A DNA stretch of 64,000 nucleotides from an uncultured Veillonellaceae bacterium. GTDB taxonomy: Bacteria; Bacillota; Negativicutes; JARBTT01. Both the position numbers and the translations under genes were made by a program. The stretch spans positions 32,001 through 96,000 of the forward strand of contig CAWDTA010000001.1 in NCBI GenBank assembly GCA_963805085.1, in the 5' to 3' direction. The notes under the pieces were generated by a model, which worked only from the letters and a program-made list of their open reading frames with translations, ran no database searches and was not told where the DNA came from. Positions 19,213 to 27,897 of this stretch are shown here, one piece after another (position 1 is the first letter of the stretch; each line of letters starts with the position of its first letter).

Positions 19213-19908
19213 ATGAACTACTCAAATGAAGTAATGACAATGTGTAAGGTGGCCAAGGGACCTAATCATGGGGCTGCCCCTATTCCACAAGAAGGACAAT
19301 GGACGAAAGTAAAAGAGGTCAAAGATGTAAGTGGCTTAACTCATGGGGTTGGCTGGTGTGCTCCACAACAGGGTGCCTGTAAATTAACCATAAATGTTAA
19401 AGCTGGAATTATTCAAGAAGCACTAATTGAGACGATTGGTTGTTCAGGTATGACTCATTCAGCTGCGATGGCCTCTGAAATTCTTCCTGGTAAAACAATT
19501 TTAGAAGCTTTAAATACAGATTTAGTTTGCGATGCGATTAATACAGCTATGCGTGAACTTTTTCTTCAAATTGTTTACGGAAGAACCCAAACTGCTTTTT
19601 CTGAAAATGGTTTACCAATTGGAGCAGGCTTAGAAGATCTGGGCAAGGGACTAAGAAGCCAAGTTGGGACTATGTATGGAACTCTTGAAAAGGGTCCAAG
19701 ATATTTAGAATTGGCAGAAGGATATGTTACTAATATTGGATTAGATGAAAATAATGAAATTATTGGTTATAAATTTGTTCATCTTGGTAAAATGATGGAG
19801 ATGATTGCAAAAGGCATGGATGCCAATGAAGCATTAAATAAGGCTTCCGGTAAATATGGACGATTTGATGAATCGGTTAAGGTAATTGATCCAAGACATG
19901 AAAAATAA
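19213..19908 (+). CDS. NifU/IscU-like scaffold-domain protein, usual partner of GGGtGRT
   Basis: GLTHGVGWCAPQQGACKL, ETIGCSGMTHSAAMA, DLVCDAIN. Confidence 0.8.
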   Translation: MNYSNEVMTMCKVAKGPNHGAAPIPQEGQWTKVKEVKDVSGLTHGVGWCAPQQGACKLTINVKAGIIQEALIETIGCSGMTHSAAMASEILPGKTILEALNTDLVCDAINTAMRELFLQIVYGRTQTAFSENGLPIGAGLEDLGKGLRSQVGTMYGTLEKGPRYLELAEGYVTNIGLDENNEIIGYKFVHLGKMMEMIAKGMDANEALNKASGKYGRFDESVKVIDPRHEK

Positions 19909-19924
19909 TAAGGGGGAGAAAAAT

Positions 19925-20926
19925 ATGGTTATGTTTGAAGGCTATGAAAGACGTATCGGTAGTATTAATAAAGTATTGAAACAATATGATATAGAATCGC
20001 TTGAAAGTGCTAAAGAAATCTGTGATAGCAAAGGTATTGATGTACATCAAATTGTCAAAGAAATTCAACCGATTTGTTTTGATAATGCATGTTGGGCGTA
20101 TACTTTTGGAGCCGCGATTGCAATAAAGAAAGGCTATACCAAAGCAACTGAGGTTGCACTGTCATTAGGTGAAGGTTTACAAGCATTTTGTATTCCAGGT
20201 TCGGTTGCTGACAATCGCAAAGTTGGTCTTGGCCATGGAAATCTGGCGGCAATGTTACTCAGTGAAGAAACAAAATGTTTTGCTTTTCTAGCTGGGCATG
20301 AGTCTTTTGCTGCAGCTGAAGGTGCAATTGGTATTGTTAAATCTGCTAATAAAGTAAGAAAACAGCCATTACAAGTTATTCTTAATGGTCTTGGGAAAGA
20401 TGCTGCACAAATTATTTCACGTGTTAATGGATTTACATATGTGCAGACTAAATTTGATTATTACACCAGTAATTTAGAAATAATCAAAGAACTTAAATAT
20501 TCTTCTAGTGAACGAGCAAAAGTTAGGTGCTATGGCGCGGATGACGTTATGGAAGGCGTAGCAATTATGTTTAAAGAAAATGTCGATGTATCAATTACAG
20601 GTAATTCAACAAATCCGACACGGTTTCAACATCCAGTAGCTGGAACTTATAAAAAAGAATGCATCGAACAAGGAAAAAAGTTTTTTTCAGTTGCTTCCGG
20701 TGGTGGAACAGGAAGAACGCTGCATCCTGATAATATGGCAGCAGGACCAGCATCGTATGGTATGACAGATACAATGGGAAGAATGCATTCTGATGCACAG
20801 TTTGCTGGATCATCCTCGGTTCCAGCTCATGTAGAAATGATGGGATTAATTGGCATGGGGAATAATCCTATGGTTGGTGCTAGTGTAGCAGTGGCGGTAG
20901 CGGTTGAAGAAGCATGGAAAAAGTAG
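19925..20926 (+). CDS. GGGtGRT family protein (function unknown)
   Basis: Contains ASGGGTGRTLHPDN, GHESFAAAEGA, TGNSTNPTRFQHPV. Confidence 0.92.
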   Translation: MVMFEGYERRIGSINKVLKQYDIESLESAKEICDSKGIDVHQIVKEIQPICFDNACWAYTFGAAIAIKKGYTKATEVALSLGEGLQAFCIPGSVADNRKVGLGHGNLAAMLLSEETKCFAFLAGHESFAAAEGAIGIVKSANKVRKQPLQVILNGLGKDAAQIISRVNGFTYVQTKFDYYTSNLEIIKELKYSSSERAKVRCYGADDVMEGVAIMFKENVDVSITGNSTNPTRFQHPVAGTYKKECIEQGKKFFSVASGGGTGRTLHPDNMAAGPASYGMTDTMGRMHSDAQFAGSSSVPAHVEMMGLIGMGNNPMVGASVAVAVAVEEAWKK

Positions 20927-20966
20927 CAGTATAAAAATAATTAAATCATCAAAGGGGAAAAATAAA

Positions 20967-21314
20967 ATGCCTAAAATTGCGAGTAAAGCAAAACGATTAA
21001 GCATTTATATTGGTGAAAGTGATCACTATAAACGCCAATCATTATACAAAAGTATTATAGCTAAAACGAAAGAGTTAGATATGGCTGGTGCCACCGTTTT
21101 TAGAGGTATAATGGGATATGGTGCTGATAAACGTATTCATACGGCAAGTTTAGTTGATTTGTCTAGTGATTTACCTGTGTTAATTGAAATTATTGACAGT
21201 GAAGAATATGTTGCAAAATTATTACCCTACTTAGATGAAATAATGGGAAAGGGGTTAGTTACTATTGATGATGTCGAAGTACTCAAATATGGAACTAAGC
21301 CACCAACACGGTAA
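20967..21314 (+). CDS. DUF190 PII-like protein
   Basis: YIGESD, AGATVFRGIMGYG, LSSDLPVLIEIID; adjacent to crcB. Confidence 0.9.
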   Translation: MPKIASKAKRLSIYIGESDHYKRQSLYKSIIAKTKELDMAGATVFRGIMGYGADKRIHTASLVDLSSDLPVLIEIIDSEEYVAKLLPYLDEIMGKGLVTIDDVEVLKYGTKPPTR

Positions 21315-21332
21315 AGGAGAGATCTAGATTAC

Positions 21333-21710
21333 ATGTTAGGAGTTTTTTTAGTCGCAATTGGTGGAGGACTTGGAGCTGTTAGTCGTTATCTGGCATCAAA
21401 TTGGATGGCTTCACGATTCGGTGCCGATTTTCCATATGGAACACTATTAGTCAATGTCATTGGGTGTTTTATTATTGGTTTATTTATGGCAATGACTATA
21501 GATCGCTTAAATATTAGTCCTTACTGGCGATTGTTTATTACTGTAGGATTTTTAGGCGGTCTTACGACCTTCTCCTCTTTTAGCTATGAAACTTTACACC
21601 TTTTACAGGAAGCTGACGTTATGCGTGCATTTTATAATGTCGGACTTAATTTATTTGGTGGATTTTTCGCTACATGGTTAGGCTTTGGAGTTGCTAGGCT
21701 TATTGGGTGA
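21333..21710 (+). CDS. crcB: Fluoride channel Fluc/CrcB
   Basis: GGGLGAVSRY, PYGTLLVN, GFLGGLTTFSSFSYE. Confidence 0.97.
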   Translation: MLGVFLVAIGGGLGAVSRYLASNWMASRFGADFPYGTLLVNVIGCFIIGLFMAMTIDRLNISPYWRLFITVGFLGGLTTFSSFSYETLHLLQEADVMRAFYNVGLNLFGGFFATWLGFGVARLIG

Positions 21711-21964
21711 TTATCTTAATCACCTACTGCTAGAATGATCATGTTTTAAAGATGAGGTAAAATTACAAAGTTGTCAGAAATTTTAACTTTGTGTCTATCT
21801 TTTCTTGATATTTCCAGTGAAAATGTTTTCTCAATGTCCGTTATTTACGGAATAGTTCATAATCCAGTAAAATTTTATTAATTGACAAGTATAGGGAAAA
21901 GTGATAACATAGCTTTTGAAATAAATAAATTTTATTTCATCATACAAATGAATAATAGTATTGA

Positions 21965-22119
21965 GACAGGTGCCCGTGAGGGCTTAATAGGGAAATCGGT
22001 TAAATGCCGATGCGGTCCCGCCACTGTAATAGGGAGCGATTCCAAGAAATGCCACTGGAGGTTTTACCTCTGGGAAGGTTTGGAGGAGCGATGATCTAAA
22101 GCCAGGAGAACTGCCTGTT
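21965..22119 (+). ncRNA. Cobalamin riboswitch 1 (cbiK leader)
   Basis: AGGTG..AATAGGGAA..CCCGCCACTGT..GGGAAGG..AGCCAGGAGAACTGCC; promoter TTGACA-17-TAACAT at 21882; terminator 22192-22228. Confidence 0.95.
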
Positions 22120-22269
22120 AAAAAGTCACCGTTATGTACCTGCGAGCGATGGGGATGGGGATTAAATAGATATATTTTTTGATATCTAAATAAGCCTTTT
22201 TTGCTATGCAGAAAAGGCTTATTTTTTTATATTTATACTAGTATAATAAAATATTTAGGAGGAAATCGA

Positions 22270-23304
22270 ATGGAACAGAATTGGAGAAAAATGCTTATTG
22301 CATCAATCGCATGTGCTGCATTTATTGGTGTGGGGATAGCGACAAGCTATGCAAGTTATCAATTGAATCCAGAGGTGAAGGATGTAACTCCGGCCTTAAA
22401 GAAAGCGGCAGAAATTGGTGTACGCGTGTCAGAAAATGCCGATATGAAGGATCTAGAAAATAAAGATGCTATTGTTGTTATGAGTTTTGGGACTACGTAC
22501 ACTGAGTCACGTAAGGCAACGATTGAAAAAACCGTAGCGGATATCCAGGCTGCGCATCCCGATACCAAAGTTGTAATGGCATTTACTTCCCATATCATTG
22601 TTGATCGAATTCAACAAAAGGAAGGGATTAAAATTCCGACTCCAGAAGAAGCACTAGATGAGCTGAAACAAGAAGGCTATACACGCGTAGCTCTTACCTC
22701 TTTAGATCTTATTCCAGGAATGGAATATGCATATGATAGTGCTATTTTTGATTTATACAAAAATCAATTTAAAAAAATGACACTGGGAACATCTGTAATG
22801 TATTGGATGGGACAAGAAAAACAAAGAGATGATGTTACGGAATTTTTGCAAGCAATTCGCACAGAATTTCCTAAAACCGGTAAAAAAGATGCTGTTTTAT
22901 TGATGCAGCATGGAACACCACATCCAGCGAATGCATACTATTCTGTTGTGCAGGCTCGCCTAACTGAAATGGGAATGGACAATGTTTTACTTTATACCGT
23001 TGAAGGCTGGCCAAGCCTAGAAACGATTATTCCAAAGTTAAAAGCAAAAGGAATAAAAAATGTTACGTTGATTCCAATTATGATGGTTGCAGGCGATCAT
23101 GCGAACAATGATATGGCAGGTGCTGAGCCAGATTCACATAAATCCATATTAGAAAAAGAAGGATTTAAGGTATCGACTTATATCCATGGTGTAGGTGAAA
23201 ATGAAAATGTTCGTAAACTTTTCGTTAATCGCGCCAATGAAGCTTGGGATGCATTGGAGAATGAAACAGCTAAGCCAGTTGCTCATCATATGATGAAAAG
23301 ATAA
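22270..23304 (+). CDS. cbiK: Sirohydrochlorin cobaltochelatase CbiK with N-terminal signal peptide
   Basis: VMSFGTT, AFTS, HGT, GWP, MMVAGDHANNDMAG; hydrophobic leader RKMLIASIACAAFIGVGIATSYA. Confidence 0.9.
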   Translation: MEQNWRKMLIASIACAAFIGVGIATSYASYQLNPEVKDVTPALKKAAEIGVRVSENADMKDLENKDAIVVMSFGTTYTESRKATIEKTVADIQAAHPDTKVVMAFTSHIIVDRIQQKEGIKIPTPEEALDELKQEGYTRVALTSLDLIPGMEYAYDSAIFDLYKNQFKKMTLGTSVMYWMGQEKQRDDVTEFLQAIRTEFPKTGKKDAVLLMQHGTPHPANAYYSVVQARLTEMGMDNVLLYTVEGWPSLETIIPKLKAKGIKNVTLIPIMMVAGDHANNDMAGAEPDSHKSILEKEGFKVSTYIHGVGENENVRKLFVNRANEAWDALENETAKPVAHHMMKR

Positions 23305-23321
23305 TTAGAGAGAAAATTTGC

Positions 23322-23520
23322 TGTAATGCCAACGCGGTCCCGCCACTGTAATAGGGAGCGAATCCAAGATATACCATTGAAACATTTGTTTTGAGAAGGT
23401 TTGGATAAGCAATGAATTAGACTATTTTTCTAGACTATTTTTTAATGTCGAGATTTTTATTTTTACATTGGTATATCATACTTAATTAGCCTCTTTTTGC
23501 GCTCGGCAGAAAGAGGTTTT
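23322..23520 (+). repeat. Doubly deleted copy of a cobalamin riboswitch plus terminator
   Basis: Near-identical to 27183-27282 and ~27354-27452, but lacks the 5' AGGTG..AATAGGGAA segment and the B12 box. Confidence 0.85.
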
Positions 23521-23668
23521 TATTATAATTTGGTAGACCTTGTATCTGAAAATAGAGTATAGCTAAAAATAAAGTGTGAAGAAAGCATTGGTAGAGATAA
23601 ATATATTTGAATTTTTATCTAATATAAAATCCTTATTTTACTAAAAACTCTTTTTTTTTGTTTATTTC

Positions 23669-23696
23669 GTGTTACTATTTAAATAATTAGTAGCAC
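23669..23696 (+). promoter_or_regulatory. Probable NikR operator
   Basis: GTGTTAC-N14-GTAGCAC inverted repeat directly upstream of nikR. Confidence 0.65.
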
Positions 23697-23709
23697 AAAG
23701 GAGAAGAAA

Positions 23710-24153
23710 ATGATAGACAAAGATTCATTAATCCGTTTTGGAGTCTCTATGAATCAAGAGTTAGTAGAACAGTTTGATAAACTAATTGTTGAACAAGGCT
23801 ATAGTAATCGATCAGAAGCGATTCGCGATTTAGTTCGAAAAGCATTAATAGAGCCTAAACAGTTACAATTAAGCGAGGTAGTTGCAGGAACAATTGTTAT
23901 TGTGTATGATCATCATTTTACTGGACTGCCTGGATCTCTCATGGAACTTCAACATAATTTTCATCATGAAATTGTTTCAACGATGCATGTTCATTTAAAT
24001 CATAATCAATGTTTGGAAATTTTAGTGGTACGAGGTGTTTTTAAAAGATTGAAAGAGCTATGCCAACATATTCAGGTTCAAAAAGGCGTTTTTTATGCTG
24101 AACTATCTGTTACTCATGTTGATGACGACAAAAAGAATCACTTACATGATTAA
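23710..24153 (+). CDS. nikR: Nickel-responsive regulator NikR
   Basis: RFGVS, NRSEAIRDLVR, YDHH, HVHLNHNQCLE. Confidence 0.95.
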   Translation: MIDKDSLIRFGVSMNQELVEQFDKLIVEQGYSNRSEAIRDLVRKALIEPKQLQLSEVVAGTIVIVYDHHFTGLPGSLMELQHNFHHEIVSTMHVHLNHNQCLEILVVRGVFKRLKELCQHIQVQKGVFYAELSVTHVDDDKKNHLHD

Positions 24154-24222
24154 ACTTAATCTTTAATTATGTGAGCGCTTATTTACAGAATTATTTATAA
24201 TTGACGATGGAGGGTGAATAAA

Positions 24223-24921
24223 ATGCATATTCCTGAAGGGTATTTAAGTCCGTCTACTTGTGCGACGCTTGGCGTTGTAATGCTTCCGGTTTGGTATAAA
24301 GCAGGTAAAATGGTAAAACAAACAGTCGATGTGGCACAAATTCCATTTATGGCGATGGCAGCCGTATTTTCTTTTTTAATTATGATGTTTAATGTCCCTA
24401 TTCCTGATGGGACAACAGCGCACGCTGTAGGCGCTGTTTTGATTGCTATTACATTAGGACCTTGGACGGCCGTCATTGCCGTTAGTGTAGCACTCTTTAT
24501 CCAAGCTTTGGTTTTTGGTGATGGAGGCGTTTTAGCATTTGGGGCAAATGCATTTAATATGGCATTTGTTATGCCGTTTACCGGTTATTATATTTATCGG
24601 ATGATCGCAAAGGATGCACCACTTACTTCTACACGTCGTATTATTGCGGCAGGGATTGCTGGTTATGTGGGCCTCAATCTGGCCGCATTAGTAGCATCGA
24701 TTGAAATTGGTATCCAACCGATGCTTTTTGTTGGTGAAAATGGGCTGCCTCTTTATGGACCGTATAGTTTGAATGTAGCCGTGCCAGCAATGATGGGTGC
24801 ACATCTTTTAGTTGCTGGTTTTGTAGATGGTATTGTGACAGCGTTGGCATTGAAATTTGTCTTTAGAACATCGCCAGAGATTATAAATTCTGAAATGGCT
24901 TCCGCTGTGAAGGAGGTATAA
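24223..24921 (+). CDS. Ni/Co ECF transporter S component (NikM/CbiM)
   Basis: MHIPEG N-terminus (true start ATG 24223), GTTAHAVG, QALVFGDGG. Confidence 0.9.
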   Translation: MHIPEGYLSPSTCATLGVVMLPVWYKAGKMVKQTVDVAQIPFMAMAAVFSFLIMMFNVPIPDGTTAHAVGAVLIAITLGPWTAVIAVSVALFIQALVFGDGGVLAFGANAFNMAFVMPFTGYYIYRMIAKDAPLTSTRRIIAAGIAGYVGLNLAALVASIEIGIQPMLFVGENGLPLYGPYSLNVAVPAMMGAHLLVAGFVDGIVTALALKFVFRTSPEIINSEMASAVKEV

Positions 24922-25262
24922 TGATGAAAACAATTTATTATTGGATGATTGGAATTATGATTGTTTTTACTCCACTTGGTTTGTTGGCAAAAGGAACAGC
25001 GTGGGGTGAGTGGGGAACAGATGAATTGGATGAACAACTAGGCTACGTTCCTCAGGGAATTCAAAAAGCAGAAGAGTTGTGGAGAGCGGTTTTCCCTGAT
25101 TATTCTGTACCAATGCTTGATGAATTCGCTAATGGAGAAATACTGGGATATATACTGTCTGCTCTAATTGGATCGGTTATTATTTATATTGTTATGTTGT
25201 TTTTTGGTAAAATCCTTGCTGGCAATCATAAACAAGAGTGTTCCATGCGGCAGGGTAGATGA
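24921..25262 (+). CDS. NikN-like (PDGLE-domain) ECF accessory subunit
   Basis: PLGLLA.GTAWGEWG, FPDYS. Confidence 0.85.
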   Translation: MMKTIYYWMIGIMIVFTPLGLLAKGTAWGEWGTDELDEQLGYVPQGIQKAEELWRAVFPDYSVPMLDEFANGEILGYILSALIGSVIIYIVMLFFGKILAGNHKQECSMRQGR

Positions 25263-26200
25263 GAGTAAGTAATAATTTTACATTGCCCAAGTATCTGTCA
25301 GATGTAAAACAACAGAAATTGCCGCCAGCTCGCATGAAATGGTGGCAACGGCAGGACTATTTAGGAAAAACATTGAGTGATATACATAAAGTTATTGTAG
25401 AGGATATGTATCAAGCGAATACTACCGCGCAACCAAGATTTTTGCAGAGAATAGATCCTCGTGTCAAATTATTAAGTGTTGCCGCTTTACTAGTAATGTC
25501 CGCTCTAAGCCGCGAGTTATTTAGTCTGGCTATCTTTCAGGGAGTTTTATTATTTGCGGCCTTGTTGTCTGGTATTCGACTAACAGCATATATAAGGCGG
25601 GTCTGGTTACCGGCATTAGGTTTTTCTGGCGTTGCAATGCTTCCAGCTATTTTTAGTTGGATAACTCCAGGAGAAGCTTACTTTGTTGTTTATAGCAATC
25701 TTTCCTTACAGGTTGGAGGATTTATGCCGCCACAAGAATTGGCTATCACCTATCAAGGTTTGACGGTTGCTGCATTTGTTTTGTTGCGTACAGTTACTTC
25801 TCTAGGATTAGTATTGTTATTGATGGCAACAACGCGATGGAGTATGGTAACAAAAGCATTAGGAAAGTTGGGAATGCCAGAAATTTTAATAATGGTGTTT
25901 GATATGACGTATCGTTATTTATTTTTGTTTTTATTGCTGCTAGGTGACTACGTATTAGGACGAAAAAGTAGGTTAGTTGGTACAGAACAATATCGATCTC
26001 AACTTAGTTGGGTCGGCGCGTCATTAGGTGGTTTTTTAAGGTTGATTGTAGAATATAGTAAGGAAATTAGTTCTGCTATGATAGCTAGAGGTTATACAGG
26101 AGAAGTTTGTAATGAATTTTCACAGTCTTCTGATAGAAGAGAGAACGGATTTTTTATTGTAATAGTTATTATGGGGATTGCTTTATTGGGGGGAGAATAG
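25259..26200 (+). CDS. ECF transporter T component (NikQ/CbiQ)
   Basis: IDPRVK, TYRYLF, AMIARGY. Confidence 0.9.
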   Translation: MRVSNNFTLPKYLSDVKQQKLPPARMKWWQRQDYLGKTLSDIHKVIVEDMYQANTTAQPRFLQRIDPRVKLLSVAALLVMSALSRELFSLAIFQGVLLFAALLSGIRLTAYIRRVWLPALGFSGVAMLPAIFSWITPGEAYFVVYSNLSLQVGGFMPPQELAITYQGLTVAAFVLLRTVTSLGLVLLLMATTRWSMVTKALGKLGMPEILIMVFDMTYRYLFLFLLLLGDYVLGRKSRLVGTEQYRSQLSWVGASLGGFLRLIVEYSKEISSAMIARGYTGEVCNEFSQSSDRRENGFFIVIVIMGIALLGGE

Positions 26201-26201
26201 C

Positions 26202-26969
26202 TTGTTCGAAAAATTTGCGTTTGAATTGCGGGATATCTGCTATAGTTATCATGCTGGTGAGAAGTCACTATGTGATATAAATTTAACAATTCGGACAGGC
26301 GAGAGAATTGTATTACTTGGACCTAATGGCGGTGGAAAGTCAACTCTACAAAAAATACTTGCGGGTCTGATTTTTGGCGAAGGTAAATTTTTAGCGTACG
26401 GCAAAGAAATTACAGCACGAGCAATGCGCGATAAAAACTTTGCGGCTGCTTATCGGAGAAAGATAGGTTTTGTATTTCAAAACTCTGATGTACAGTTATT
26501 TTGTGCCACTGTTTTAGACGAAATCATGTTTGGACCGCTAGCGATGGGAATGAGTTATGCAGATGCTCTGCAGCGTACGCATGAGCTTCTTGATTTTGTA
26601 GGGATTTCCTTTCTAGCGGAACGAATGCCACATCACTTAAGTGGTGGAGAAAAGAAAAAAGTGGCCATTGCAGCTGTATTAGCCGTAAATCCAGATGCAT
26701 TGATTTTAGACGAGCCTACCAATGGGTTAGATCCAAAAACACAGCGTTGGATGATTACTACTTTAAATGCTTTGCATAAAAGTGGAAAAACGTTGATTAT
26801 TGCGACGCATAATTTAGATTTAGTACGAGAAATTTCGGATCGGGTTATTGTGTTAGGAGAAAATCACCAAATCATTGCCGATGAATCTCCAGACAGCATT
26901 TTAAATAATCGCCAACTGCTTTTAGAAGCTAATTTAATTGATGAATATTGCAGGCAAACAATTGTGTAG
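26202..26969 (+). CDS. ECF transporter ATPase (NikO/CbiO)
   Basis: GPNGGGKST, VFQNSDVQLF, LSGGEKKK, LDEPT. Confidence 0.92.
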   Translation: MFEKFAFELRDICYSYHAGEKSLCDINLTIRTGERIVLLGPNGGGKSTLQKILAGLIFGEGKFLAYGKEITARAMRDKNFAAAYRRKIGFVFQNSDVQLFCATVLDEIMFGPLAMGMSYADALQRTHELLDFVGISFLAERMPHHLSGGEKKKVAIAAVLAVNPDALILDEPTNGLDPKTQRWMITTLNALHKSGKTLIIATHNLDLVREISDRVIVLGENHQIIADESPDSILNNRQLLLEANLIDEYCRQTIV

Positions 26970-26992
26970 CAATTTTTAATATGCATATACTA

Positions 26993-27044
26993 TAAAAGGA
27001 TATGATTCATGTAGTTTTTATTCGAATTTTTTTACAATACTACA
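26993..27044 (-). mobile_element. Terminal half of a Tn7-like left end (terminus ...ACA at 27044)
   Basis: taaaaggatatgattcatgtagtttt plus 18-bp site tattcgaatttttttaca plus atactaca; homologous to 50436-50487. Confidence 0.6.
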
Positions 27045-27144
27045 GTTAATTTGTAGTTTGCTTTTGCGTGTTGACAATATATCATAGTAATGATAGTATA
27101 AATAGGAAGTAAGTTATTAATTTAACTTTTAATTGAATAAGAAG

Positions 27145-27302
27145 AGTTAGGTGTCCTTAACGGACTTAATAGGGAAGTTTGGTGTAATGCCAACGCGGTC
27201 CCGCCACTGTAATAGGGAGCGAATCCAAGAAATACCATTGAAACATTTGTTTTGAGAAGGTTTGGATGAGCAATGAACTAGAGCCAGGAGAACTGCCTAA
27301 TT
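27145..27302 (+). ncRNA. Cobalamin riboswitch 2
   Basis: Complete consensus; promoter TTGACA-17-TAGTAT at 27071; terminator 27420-27453. Confidence 0.95.
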
Positions 27303-27897
27303 GACGATCACCGATTGACCTGCGAGCGATGGGAAGGGGATTAATAGAGTAATCTATTTTTCTCGACTATTTTTAAATGTCGAGATTTTTATTTTTAGAT
27401 TGGTTTATTATAGCTAATTAGCCTCTTTTTGCGCTCGGCAGAAAGAGGCTTTTAGTATTTTGTCGAAAAGTTTTTCCCTACTTTTTAGCTTTTGTGGGGA
27501 AACATTGCTCATATATTAAATTTGTCTTGTTATGCTTTATTGCGTAACTTATGTTCCTACTTTCATAGGAACATCCTTTTTACAATAACAGTTTCTTTGG
27601 CTGTTATATATAGATAGCCTTGGGTTGAGTTGCCCCTCATAATCCAAGGCTATTGTTTTATTAATTTTAGATGGTTATATTGATCGAAAACCTTTCTAAA
27701 AGTAATTAGAAAGGTTTTTATATTTTTCATGTTAGGTTAGGCATCAAATGAAGTTTCTGTTTTTAGCTTATTTGCTTTTTAAGCATACAAAAAATAGAAG
27801 GTTTGTTTGCTTAACATGGGTTATATTATATAGTTTCATGTGTGTGATTTTGTGGAATGGTTAGACTTTTTAACAGTTGAAGGAGAAATGTGAGTAG

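Noticed and set aside
21882-22094. 70-aa ORF in the ORF track
   Set aside because: Overlaps the promoter and cobalamin riboswitch 1; no RBS
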